Positions 11,347 to 20,278 of a stretch of 64,000 bases of DNA are shown piece after piece. The notes below the pieces were generated by a model. The model was not told the origin of the DNA, did not search any database, and saw nothing but the letters and a program-made list of their open reading frames with translations. The translations under genes were made by a program, and so were the position numbers. The DNA comes from an uncultured Acidimicrobiia bacterium. GTDB taxonomy: Bacteria > Actinomycetota > Acidimicrobiia > Spongiisociales > UBA5794. The DNA is taken from assembly GCA_963834375.1 (NCBI GenBank), contig CAWIBM010000004.1:97297-161296 (forward strand). Reading direction: 5' to 3'. How positions within the stretch are numbered: the first letter of the stretch is position 1; each line of letters begins with the position of its first letter.

Positions 11347-11368
11347 ATCATGGGGGCGGGTTGTGACA
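11347..11368 (-). promoter_or_regulatory. putative PafBC/RecA-NDp-like promoter TGTCAC-N10-CATGAT upstream of nadK-recN
   Basis: Minus strand reads TGTCAC aacccgcccc CATGAT; spacing matches the mycobacterial TGTC(G/A)..-N10-TANNNT motif; the same core occurs at 41232. Confidence 0.5.
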
Positions 11369-11434
11369 CGATCCAGCCTTGCGGTATCGGGTTCCCGCCA
11401 ACCTGTTGGGGGCGACGGCCTCCCGCCGGAGCGG

Positions 11435-11599
11435 TCAACTGGTCGCATCGAGCCTGCGTTCCAGCTCCTCGGCCAGCCGGTCGGCGACCACCGGGGCGTC
11501 GGCGGGGTCGGCAGCGGCGAGCTCGTCGAGCATGGCTTCGGGTTCGGGGGCCGCAGGGGCCTCCTCGGGGCTGATCTGGTCGGGCGACGTAGTATCCAT
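11435..11599 (-). CDS. small acidic hypothetical protein (54 aa, absent from ORF track)
   Basis: Manual translation MDTTSPDQISPEEAPAAPEPEAMLDELAAADPADAPVVADRLAEELERRLDATS*; a GATGAT hexamer lies 6 nt upstream of the ATG (leaderless layout). Confidence 0.65.
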   Translation of the reverse strand: MDTTSPDQISPEEAPAAPEPEAMLDELAAADPADAPVVADRLAEELERRLDATS

Positions 11600-11637
11600 G
11601 GGCCCATCATCCCAGGCCAGACCCGGAGACCGGCGCC

Positions 11638-12372
11638 TTGTTCCCGATCCGTGACGTCAATCCGACGATGACGACGCCGCTCGCCACCATCGCCATCATC
11701 GCCGTCAACCTCGCCGTCTACTTCCTGTGGCAACCCCAGGGCACCGGTGGCGAGGCCACCGAGTTCCTCTACGAAAACGCCGCCATCGCCTGCGAGCTGA
11801 CCAGCGGTGAGCCGGTCACCATCGAGGAGATCGAGACCGACACCTGCGACGATCCCGGGCCCGGCTACTTCCCCGACAAGAACGTATGGCTGGCGGCACT
11901 GGTGTCGATGTTCCTCCACGGGGGGATCGGACACCTTCTCGGCAACATGTGGTTCCTGTGGATCTTCGGGAACAACGTGGAGGAGGCATACGGCCATCTG
12001 GGCTACGTGGCGTTGTACCTGGTGACCGGGTTCATCGCCACCGCCGCCTTCGTGATGTTCAACCCGGACACGACCATCCCGCTGGTGGGTGCCTCTGGGG
12101 CGATCGCCGGGGTGCTCGGCTCCTACCTCGTCCTGTACCCGGCCCACAAGGTCCTCACCCTCCTCGTCGTCGTGTTCGTCCCGGTCGCCGCCGTGGTGTT
12201 CCTCGGGCTGTGGCTGATCAGCCAGTTCCTGCTCCCCCTCGAAGGGGTGGCGTGGCAGGCCCACGTCGGGGGCTTCGTCGCCGGGATGCTGATCACCCTG
12301 CCACTGCGGCCGGTATTGCTCGGCCGGGTGGAGCGGGCCCACGCCCGCCACCACGCGCCGTTCTACGGCTGA
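11638..12372 (+). CDS. rhomboid family intramembrane serine protease
   Basis: MFLHGGIGHLLGNMWFLWIFG, GASGAIAG (catalytic Ser), AHVGGF (catalytic His). Confidence 0.93.
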   Translation: MFPIRDVNPTMTTPLATIAIIAVNLAVYFLWQPQGTGGEATEFLYENAAIACELTSGEPVTIEEIETDTCDDPGPGYFPDKNVWLAALVSMFLHGGIGHLLGNMWFLWIFGNNVEEAYGHLGYVALYLVTGFIATAAFVMFNPDTTIPLVGASGAIAGVLGSYLVLYPAHKVLTLLVVVFVPVAAVVFLGLWLISQFLLPLEGVAWQAHVGGFVAGMLITLPLRPVLLGRVERAHARHHAPFYG

Positions 12373-13139
12373 CCCAGGCCGACGACCCCGGGGAGGTCGG
12401 CGACCGACTCGAGGATGTGGTCGACCTCGACGGTGGCAGCTTCCTCCGGTGAGGTCACCCCGGTGAGCACGAGCGCCGTCGCCCAGCCCATGGCCAGCCC
12501 CATCGCGATGTCGGTGTCGACCCGGTCGCCGATCACCAACACCGACCCAGGACCGACCAGGGCCGACACCGCCCGCAGCATCGGCGGGTGCGGCTTCCCA
12601 CAGACCTCGGCCTCGACGCCGGTGGCCCGCTCCAGGGCGGCGACGATCGCCCCGGCGCCGGGGATGATGCCGTCGGAGCTCGGGAAGGTGGCGTCGTCGT
12701 TGGTGGCCACCAGCCAGGCCCCGTTCCCCACCGCCAGGGTCGCCTCCTTCAGCTTGTCATACGTGAGATCGGGGTCGAGCCCGACCACCACGGCGTCGGC
12801 GTCGCCGTGTTCCTCTGTCGTGCCGACCCCGGATCGTTCCAACTCGACCCGCAGCGATGGCGTCCCGATCACGTACGCCGCCGACACCCGTCCCGCCAGG
12901 TGGGCGCCGGCGGCCATCGCCGACGTCACCACGGCTGCCGGGTCGGCGGCGAAGCCGATCCGGTCGGCGATCGCCCCGGCAACCTCCTCTGGAAGCCGCG
13001 AGGCGTTGTTGGTGGCGTACACCAGGGAGACCCCGGCGGTGGCAAGCCGAACCAGGGTCGCCGCCGCCCCGGGGACCGGGCGGTCGGAGTGGTACAGGAC
13101 CCCGTCGAGGTCGAACACGATGGTGCTGAAGTTGCCCAA
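12363..13139 (-). CDS. HAD-IIA family hydrolase (NagD-like)
   Basis: FDLDGVLY, ATNNASR, ATNDDATFP, CGKP, IGDRVDTDI, LVLTGV. Confidence 0.9.
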   Translation of the reverse strand: MGNFSTIVFDLDGVLYHSDRPVPGAAATLVRLATAGVSLVYATNNASRLPEEVAGAIADRIGFAADPAAVVTSAMAAGAHLAGRVSAAYVIGTPSLRVELERSGVGTTEEHGDADAVVVGLDPDLTYDKLKEATLAVGNGAWLVATNDDATFPSSDGIIPGAGAIVAALERATGVEAEVCGKPHPPMLRAVSALVGPGSVLVIGDRVDTDIAMGLAMGWATALVLTGVTSPEEAATVEVDHILESVADLPGVVGLGQP

Positions 13140-13198
13140 GCGACCCCCACCCGGGAGACTGCCCGGGAACGTAGCAGTCGCTGTGCAGGGAACGGCCA

Positions 13199-14380
13199 AT
13201 GGAACAGACCATCCTGGTCCGGGTCACCGGGATCGACGGGCCGGGCATCACCGCCGGCATCCTCCGCATCCTGGCCGAGGCCGAGGCGGAGGTCCTCGAC
13301 ATGGAACAGGTGGTGGTGAGGGACCACCTCAATCTCGGCCTGCTGATCGGCGTCCGCGAGGCCCGGTCCCCCCTCAAGGACCTGCTGTTCTTCGGCTGGG
13401 AGCGGAAGCTCCACTTCGACTTCGAGGTCGTCGAACCACCCGACAACCTCCCGACCCCTTCCCGGTTCGCGGTGACCGTGATCGGCGCCAGGCTCGGTCC
13501 CGACGCCCTCGGCGGCGTAGCCGATGCCATCGCCGACGGCGGCGGCAACATCGAGCGAATCGGGCAGCTCTCCACCTACCCGGTGATCAGCTACGAGCTG
13601 ATCGTCGTCGGCGGCGACACCGACACGATGCGCAAGGGCCTGCTGGAGGCGTCCAGCTTCCACCGGGTGGACATCGCCCTGCAGCCCGAGGGCCTTGCCC
13701 GCCGCGCCAAGCGGCTGGTGGTGATCGACATGGACTCGACGCTCATCCGCGACGAGGTCATCGACATGCTCGCCGACGAGATCGGCACCGGCGACGCGGT
13801 GAGGGCGATCACCGAGGATGCCATGAGGGGCGTGCTCGACTTCGAGGCGTCACTGCGCCGTCGCGTCGCCCACCTGGAGGGGCTCGACGTTGCCCGGCTG
13901 CGGGCGGTGAGCGAGCGCATCCGCTACACCCCCGGGGCGCGCACCTTCGCCCGCACGCTGCGCCGGCTCGGCTACCGCACCGCCCTGGTGAGCGGCGGGT
14001 TCGACGTCTTCGCCGAGCAGGTCCGCCGACACCTGGACATCGACGTCGCCTTCGCCAACACGCTGGAGGTGGTCGACGACAGGTTGACCGGGCGACTCGT
14101 GGGCGAGATCATCGACGGCCCGGCGAAGGCGAGGCTGCTGGAGACGATCGCCGCCGACGAGGGGATACCTCTCGAGCAGACGGTGGCGGTTGGCGACGGC
14201 TCCAACGACCTGGAGATGCTGGCCAAGGCGGGTCTGGGGATCGCTTTCAACGCCAAGCCCGTCGTCGATGCCGCCGCCGACGCCACGCTCAAGGTCCCCT
14301 ACCTCGACGCCATCCTCTTCGTGCTCGGGATCAGGCGGAAGGACATCGAGGCAGCGGACGAGGCTGATCCTCTCGCGTGA
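13199..14380 (+). CDS. serB: phosphoserine phosphatase with two N-terminal ACT domains
   Basis: VTGIDGPGIT ACT domain, DMDSTLI, LVSGGF, VGDGSNDLEML. Confidence 0.93.
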   Translation: MEQTILVRVTGIDGPGITAGILRILAEAEAEVLDMEQVVVRDHLNLGLLIGVREARSPLKDLLFFGWERKLHFDFEVVEPPDNLPTPSRFAVTVIGARLGPDALGGVADAIADGGGNIERIGQLSTYPVISYELIVVGGDTDTMRKGLLEASSFHRVDIALQPEGLARRAKRLVVIDMDSTLIRDEVIDMLADEIGTGDAVRAITEDAMRGVLDFEASLRRRVAHLEGLDVARLRAVSERIRYTPGARTFARTLRRLGYRTALVSGGFDVFAEQVRRHLDIDVAFANTLEVVDDRLTGRLVGEIIDGPAKARLLETIAADEGIPLEQTVAVGDGSNDLEMLAKAGLGIAFNAKPVVDAAADATLKVPYLDAILFVLGIRRKDIEAADEADPLA

Positions 14381-14383
14381 CCT

Positions 14384-15508
14384 CTACCCGGGGAACACCG
14401 AGCGGATCTCCTCGGCGACCCGGGTGCGCTGGTCGTCGTTGAGGCTCGACCCCGACGGGATGCACAACCCGCGCTCGAACAGCCGCGAAGACACCGCCCC
14501 CCCGAACACCTCGGCGTCGGCGTACAAGGGCTGCAGGTGCATCGGCTTCCACACCGGCCGGGCCTCGATGTCCAACGACTCGAGGTGGAGCCGGATGGCC
14601 TCGCGGTCGGTGCCGGCGGTCTCCGGGTCGACGGTGAACGTGGTCAGCCAGAACATGGTCCGGTTGTCGGCGCTCTCCTCCATGAACCTCACCCCTGGCA
14701 GGTCGCCGAGCGCCTGCCGGTAGAAGGCGTTGTGGTCGCGCCGTCGCTCGACCCTGCGCTCGAGATCGGCCAGCTGCGCCCTCCCCAGGGCGGCGAGCAG
14801 GTTGCTCATCCGGTAGTTGTACCCCATCACCGTGTGCTCGTAGTGGGGGGCGGGGTCCCGCGCCTGCGTGGCCAGGAACCTCGCCCGGGATGCGGCGTCG
14901 GCATCGTCGGTGACCATCGCCCCGCCACCGCTGGTGGTGATGATCTTGTTGCCGTTGAAGGACAGGGCGGCGCTGTGCCCGAACGACCCGGCGGGCCGGC
15001 CGGCATGGGTGGACCCCAACGCCTCGGCGGCGTCCTCGATCAGGGTGACCCCGTGGCGCTCGCACAGCGGGACGATGGTCGAGTAGTCGGCGCACTCTCC
15101 GTAGAGGTCGACGGTCACCAGGGCGGTGTAGGGACGGCCCTCCCGCTCGGCGGCGTCGAACGCCTCCCCGACCAGGTCGGGGTCGATCGCCCACGTCGCC
15201 TCGTCGCTGTCCACCAGCACGACCTCGGCGCCGAGGTAGCGCACCGGGTTCACACTGGCCACGAAGGTCAGGCTCTGCACCAGGACCCTCGCCCCCGGGC
15301 CCACCCCGGCGTGCTGCAGTGCCAGGTGGATGGCGGCGGTGCCCGACGACAGGGCTACCCCGTTGGCGCGGCCGGTGACGGCGGCCAGCTCTGCCTCGAA
15401 GGCGTCCACCTCGGGGCCCAGCGGCGCCACCCAGCCGCCGGCGAGCGCCCTCTCCAGGGCGGCGTACTCGTCGCCGGTCAGGTCCGGCGGCGACAGGTAG
15501 ATCCTCAT
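14384..15508 (-). CDS. DegT/DnrJ/EryC1/StrS PLP aminotransferase (PglE/EpsN-like)
   Basis: LSSGTAAIHLAL, IEDAAEALG, LSFNGNKIITTSGGG, GYNYRMSNLLAALG, ARPVWKPMHLQP. Confidence 0.9.
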   Translation of the reverse strand: MRIYLSPPDLTGDEYAALERALAGGWVAPLGPEVDAFEAELAAVTGRANGVALSSGTAAIHLALQHAGVGPGARVLVQSLTFVASVNPVRYLGAEVVLVDSDEATWAIDPDLVGEAFDAAEREGRPYTALVTVDLYGECADYSTIVPLCERHGVTLIEDAAEALGSTHAGRPAGSFGHSAALSFNGNKIITTSGGGAMVTDDADAASRARFLATQARDPAPHYEHTVMGYNYRMSNLLAALGRAQLADLERRVERRRDHNAFYRQALGDLPGVRFMEESADNRTMFWLTTFTVDPETAGTDREAIRLHLESLDIEARPVWKPMHLQPLYADAEVFGGAVSSRLFERGLCIPSGSSLNDDQRTRVAEEIRSVFPG

Positions 15509-16836
15509 GCGAGCTCCTCGGCGATCCTGGCGCCGAAGCGCTCGACGGTGAGGGCGAGCAGGGCGGTGGTCGCCTCGATGCTGCCGATGCTGACCCGTTC
15601 GTCATGGCCGTGGAACAGGCGCAGCATCTCCCCGAACCCCATCCGGCCGTCGAAGAGCCCAACCCCGTAGGAAACCGCACCACGGGCGCGCATGAACCGG
15701 GCATCGGTGGTCACCGGTATCAGCATCGGCAGCAGCGACCGCGACCCGGTCAGGGCGCCGGCGGCATCGCCGATCGCCTCCCAGAGCGGGCCCGACGCCG
15801 GCGATCCGTTGGCCGGGAAGGAGATGTGGTCGATCACCTCGATCCGGTCGAGGCGATCGGGACCGAGCACCTTGCGCAGGTAATCATCGACCGTGGCCTC
15901 GTCCTGGCCGGGCACCACCCGCATGTCGAGGTACGCCTCGGCCGAGTCGGGGACCACATTGGACTTGGTGCCGGCGTTGAGGATGGTCGGGGCAACGGTG
16001 AGGTGGGTGCAGGCGTGGGCGAACCGGGCCAACGGCTCGTCCGTCTCGGCGAGCTCGTCGATGGCTTCGTCGAGCCGGTCGGGATCGGTCAGCCGCTCCG
16101 CCAAGCCGTCCGGCAGACCGGCCCCGGCGGCGAACCCCGCCCACTCCGCCGAGACGGCGGCGGGCTCGTCGGCGGCGTCGAGCAGGTCGACGGCGCTGGC
16201 CAGTCGCACCAGGGCGTTGTCGGTGCGGTATGGCTGGCTGGCGTGACCAGGCGTCCCCCGGGTGCGCAACAGCTTCCACGACGGGCCCTTCTCGGCGACG
16301 GTCACCGGCAGCCCGCCCCCAGCGGCTACCCGGGGGGTGGCGATCTCGGTGAGCACGTAGTCCGCGGGGAGGAGGTCCGGTCGGTGCTCGGCGAGCCAGC
16401 CCGCCCCGTGAACGCCTCCCGCCTCCTCGTCGGCGACGGCGGCGAGCACCAGGTCGCCGGGCAATGGAGCCAGCTCCCCCGACCGATACCGGGCGAAGAC
16501 CGCCGCCATCGCCGCGGTGAGGTTGAGCATGTCGACGGCTCCCCGCCCCCACACGTACCCGTCGTCGACCTCGGCGGCGAACGGGTCGACGCTCCAACCG
16601 GACGCCGTCACCGGCACCACGTCGAGGTGGGGCAGCAGCACCAGCGCCGGGGCTCCACCGGTCGACCCGGGCACCCGGAACACCACGCTCTGCCGGCCCG
16701 GGTGTGGCTCGACGACCTCGCCCTCGCCGCCGAGATACCCCTGCAGGGTCGCCACCGAGCGGTGCTCGTGCCCCGAGTCCGGGGTGCCGTCGTTGACGCA
16801 GGCGTTGCGAATCAGCTCCTGCAGGAGCTCAACCAC
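15505..16836 (-). CDS. M20/M25/M40 family metallopeptidase/amidohydrolase
   Basis: PHLDVVP, WGRGAVDM, VADEEAGG, TTDARF, FHGHDE. Confidence 0.88.
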   Translation of the reverse strand: MVELLQELIRNACVNDGTPDSGHEHRSVATLQGYLGGEGEVVEPHPGRQSVVFRVPGSTGGAPALVLLPHLDVVPVTASGWSVDPFAAEVDDGYVWGRGAVDMLNLTAAMAAVFARYRSGELAPLPGDLVLAAVADEEAGGVHGAGWLAEHRPDLLPADYVLTEIATPRVAAGGGLPVTVAEKGPSWKLLRTRGTPGHASQPYRTDNALVRLASAVDLLDAADEPAAVSAEWAGFAAGAGLPDGLAERLTDPDRLDEAIDELAETDEPLARFAHACTHLTVAPTILNAGTKSNVVPDSAEAYLDMRVVPGQDEATVDDYLRKVLGPDRLDRIEVIDHISFPANGSPASGPLWEAIGDAAGALTGSRSLLPMLIPVTTDARFMRARGAVSYGVGLFDGRMGFGEMLRLFHGHDERVSIGSIEATTALLALTVERFGARIAEELA

Positions 16837-16863
16837 TTCCGAAGTCGGGACGGCCCCCGGTCG

Positions 16864-17346
16864 TCATGTCGTCACCCCCGCATCGTGGTACATGACGATG
16901 AGCCGGGCGGAGAAGCCGTGCGCCTCGAAGAAGTTCTTGGCGTTGCGGTGGCCGGGGCTCACCCGGGCGTCGAAGTGGCGGTGGCCACGGCCGGCGAAGT
17001 CGTCCATCAGGAGGGTGAGCATGCGGTCCCCGACCCCCACTCCCCTTGCCTCGGGGGTGGTGTACACCAGTCGCACCACGCACACCGGCGCTCCATCTGC
17101 CTGGGGCAGGAGCGGCTCGCTCCGCGCCCAGGCGAACCCGACGACGACCCCTTCGATCTCGCCGACCACCAGCCGGGAAGTGCGGTCGCCCATGATCTCC
17201 GCGACCGCGTCTGCCGCCGGCTCGGCCAGCCCGTCGGCGAGCGGCCACATAGGGCGGAGGGCGGCCTGCTCCCCCACCGCCTCCCGGTAGAGATCGAGCA
17301 CCGCGGGCGCATCGTCACCGGTGGCGAATCTGCTCGACGGATCCAT
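16864..17346 (-). CDS. GNAT family N-acetyltransferase
   Basis: LVYTTPEARGVGVG acetyl-CoA motif A, NFFEAHGF. Confidence 0.85.
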   Translation of the reverse strand: MDPSSRFATGDDAPAVLDLYREAVGEQAALRPMWPLADGLAEPAADAVAEIMGDRTSRLVVGEIEGVVVGFAWARSEPLLPQADGAPVCVVRLVYTTPEARGVGVGDRMLTLLMDDFAGRGHRHFDARVSPGHRNAKNFFEAHGFSARLIVMYHDAGVTT

Positions 17347-17478
17347 GTGGGATGAGAGCGTAGGGACGTTCCGACGCCACGTTCTTGCCGACGACAGCGG
17401 TCCTGGAGCGCGGCGGTTGGGGTTGGGGCCTCAACCGCACCGATGAGGCGTCAGCCGAAGAGCCATGGGTATCCGCCA

Positions 17479-17511
17479 GAGGGTTGGGCGCTCGACGAGC
17501 GTCCAACCCTC
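17479..17511. terminator. intrinsic terminator-like hairpin after DUF4193
   Basis: GAGGGTTGGGCGCTC-GAC-GAGCGTCCAACCCTC, 15-bp stem (one G-T) overlapping the stop codon. Confidence 0.6.
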
Positions 17512-17986
17512 AGGGGGCGCAGTCTCGACAGAGCATCTGCCGGGCGTTGGCCAGCTGGCTGCGCTTCAGCACGAGGAAGCAGTTGCTGCAGACGAACTCG
17601 TCGGCGCCTCGCTCCGGCCCGGCCTCGCCTTCCATGGCCAGCTGCTCCCGTCGGATGGCTCGCAGCTCCGCCGCCTCGTCGACGATCAGCGTCTCGGACT
17701 CCTCGTCGTCGGTGAGCATCTCGAGCTCCTCGGCCTCGAGCTCGTCGAGCGCCTCATCCGACTCCTCGTCGCCCTCGCCTTCGACCTCGCCGTCGTCTTC
17801 CTCGTCGACCAGGACTACTTCGACAGCGACGTCGAGCTCCTCGTCGAGCTCTTCCAGGTCCTCCTCGACGTCGGGCTCGCCGTCGAAGTCCTCGTCGCCC
17901 CACTCGCTGTCGGCGGGCTCGGCGACGTTCTCGACATCGCCGTCGCCGGTCAGAACCTCGAGGTCGTCGTGGTCTCGGTCGGTCAT
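17510..17986 (-). CDS. DUF4193 family protein (long acidic N-terminus, C-terminal Cys4 ribbon)
   Basis: EFVCSNCFLVLKRSQL...CRDC C-terminus typical of actinobacterial DUF4193. Confidence 0.75.
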   Translation of the reverse strand: MTDRDHDDLEVLTGDGDVENVAEPADSEWGDEDFDGEPDVEEDLEELDEELDVAVEVVLVDEEDDGEVEGEGDEESDEALDELEAEELEMLTDDEESETLIVDEAAELRAIRREQLAMEGEAGPERGADEFVCSNCFLVLKRSQLANARQMLCRDCAP

Positions 17987-18095
17987 GCTGGCCTTCGTCT
18001 CCCCGATGCGGCGCCGGAGTATATCGGTCGATGTCCAGCGGGGAACAGGCCCCCGGTCCGGGTTGTTCCCGGCCGCCGGAGGGAGCCGCAGCCGG

Positions 18096-18978
18096 TCAGA
18101 TCACGAAGTCGATCGCCCCGGGGCGAACGGTGATTCGCACCGACCCGCTGCCCACCATCTCACCATCAGCCTCAACCGGCCAGTCCTCCGGCACGGTGAT
18201 GGTGAGCCCGGGACGCCCGTCCCCGCTTGACCGCCGGGTGGCGAAGGTGGTTGCCCCGGATCACCCGCGGCATCAGATCGAACGCCCGCCACTTCGAGCA
18301 GGTGAACGCCTCGATGTCGACGGCGCCGTCCTGCAGCGACGCCTGGGGGGCGACGTTGAGGCCACCTCCGAAGAACTGACCGTTGGCCACCACCACGGTG
18401 ATCGCCTCCTCCTCGATGCGGCGTCCACCGAGGTCGACGACCACCGGGGCCCGTCCGAAGGTGGCCAGGCTCAACCAGAAGGCCGCCGTGTACCGGACCG
18501 ACCCGAGCCGGGATGGCAGCCGGTTCGCCCGCTGCGCCGAGCGGGCCACCAACCCGACGTTGGCGGCGTTCAGGAACCACCGCGACCCGAACGATCCGTC
18601 GATCCGGGCGACGTCGACGCGGTAGGTGTGCCCGGACGCCAGCAACGGCACCGCACCCTCGATGGTGCGGGGAAGGGCGAACGTCCGGATGAAGTCGGAG
18701 CCGGAGCCGGCCGGGATGATCGCCATCGTCGGCGGCTCGTCCCACTCGGCGGCCATCAGGCCGTTGAGCAACCAGTGGGCGGTGCCGTCACCGCCCACCG
18801 AGGCGAACCGGCGGTACCCGCGTTCCCTGCCCTGGCCGACGAGGTCGGCGACGTGCTCCTGGGTATCGGAGACGACCACCTCCGCCTCCACCCCTGCTTG
18901 GTCGAGGGCGGCTCCGAGCCGCCTGCTCACGTCGATGCCCCTGCCCGCCGCCGGGTTCCGCACCACCCACCAGCTCAC
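18096..18978 (-). CDS. diacylglycerol/lipid kinase family protein (YegS/BmrU-like), one apparent frameshift near 18208
   Basis: NPAAGRG, GGDGTAHW, PAGSGSDF, NGQFFGGGL; removing one base at 18207-18209 restores ...SRLTITVPEDWPVEADGEMVG...IDFVI* with the conserved DGE motif. Confidence 0.85.
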
Positions 18979-19011
18979 CGCATCACCCAAGGACCCGTCC
19001 GGGCAGAACGG

Positions 19012-19040
19012 CCAATCCGCGGCGCCCCGCCGCTCCGAAC
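19012..19040 (+). promoter_or_regulatory. putative SigK/ECF19-type promoter
   Basis: CCAATCC-N16-CCGAAC, 39 nt upstream of the DUF4331 ATG; resembles the reported mycobacterial SigK consensus (about CCATCC-N15-CCGAA, recalled); the operon ends in sigK-rskA. Confidence 0.6.
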
Positions 19041-19079
19041 CGGGGGCAACCAGAGTCCCCGACGAAGGGAGACCTCCTC

Positions 19080-20204
19080 ATGACCCTGGCACGAAGGGCT
19101 GCGCCGATCGCAGCACTCATCGCGCTGGCGGCGCTGACCATGGCGCTGCTGTCACCCGTGGACGGCGTCGATGCCGCCGACCATCTGGACGCTCCGGGCA
19201 CCATGTCCCCGAGCGGCCGGACGGACCTCGACATCAACGACGTGTACGTGTTCGAGGCGAACTCGGGCAAGACCGTCATCGCGGCGACGGTACACCCTCT
19301 CGCCTCCACCGACTCGCGCTTCGCCGACGCCGCCGACGGCGTCTACGAGCTGCGAGTCGACACCAACGGCGACGCTCGGACCAACATCTCGTACGTCTTC
19401 ACGTTCGACGACGACGGCTCGACCGTGGCCGTGGCGCGGGCAACCGGACGGACCGGTGAGGGCCCGTGGCTCAACGGCAAGAAGCTGGGCGGTGGCGACG
19501 TCGGCGACGTGATCACGCTGTCCGACGGCACCAAGCTGTTCACCGGGTTGCGCTCCGACCCGTTCTTCTTCGACCTCTCAGGGTTCCTGGGAACGGTCGA
19601 AGGACGCGGCGACGACGCCCTCGGCAACGACCCGACCGACTTCTTCGCCGACCTCAACACCCTGGCCATCGTCATCGAGGTGCCCGACAGCCGTCTGGCC
19701 GGTGGCAACCCGATCGGGGTGTGGGCCCGGACCAGCCTGGCCAGCGGCAAGCAGGTCGATCGGATGGGCCGTCCCGCCATCAACACGGTGGTGAACAGCT
19801 CGGGCCCGATCGTCGGCACCCGCACCAACGCCAAGAACCAGTTCAATGCCACCCGACCGATCGGCGACGTGCTCAAGTGGACGGACGAGACGATCAACGC
19901 CCTCCAGGCGTTCTCGGCGCTCGACACCGAAGGCCCGTACAGCGACGACCAGGCGGCTGCCCTGGCGGCGGTGCTGATGCCGGACATGGTCACCTTCGAC
20001 AAGGCGTCGACCCTGCCGGCTCCGCTCAACGGGCGGGCGCTGGCGGACGACGTGATCGACGTCGAGTTGCGGGTGGTCACCGGGGGCGATCCCCTCGGCC
20101 TGTTCATGGACCGGGATGCCGACGGAGGCGTGAACTCCGACGGTGTGGGCCCGCATGACGACTACATGACCGTGTTCCCGTACCTCGGCGTGCCGCACTC
20201 CTGA
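19080..20204 (+). CDS. secreted DUF4331 family protein
   Basis: Signal peptide ending VDA, then ADHLDAP..DINDVYVF, RSDPFFFDL, QVDRMGRPAINT, NGRALADDVID, FPYLGVPH. Confidence 0.88.
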   Translation: MTLARRAAPIAALIALAALTMALLSPVDGVDAADHLDAPGTMSPSGRTDLDINDVYVFEANSGKTVIAATVHPLASTDSRFADAADGVYELRVDTNGDARTNISYVFTFDDDGSTVAVARATGRTGEGPWLNGKKLGGGDVGDVITLSDGTKLFTGLRSDPFFFDLSGFLGTVEGRGDDALGNDPTDFFADLNTLAIVIEVPDSRLAGGNPIGVWARTSLASGKQVDRMGRPAINTVVNSSGPIVGTRTNAKNQFNATRPIGDVLKWTDETINALQAFSALDTEGPYSDDQAAALAAVLMPDMVTFDKASTLPAPLNGRALADDVIDVELRVVTGGDPLGLFMDRDADGGVNSDGVGPHDDYMTVFPYLGVPHS

Positions 20205-20216
20205 CACGCCCGACCA

Positions 20217-20261
20217 GGTGCCGGGATGGGCGCGACTCGGGGGACCGCCCATCCCGGCACC
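20217..20261. terminator. perfect 16-bp stem-loop between DUF4331 and TPR genes
   Basis: GGTGCCGGGATGGGCG ... CGCCCATCCCGGCACC; no U-tract. Confidence 0.65.
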
Positions 20262-20278
20262 ACCTCACCGAGGAGGAA

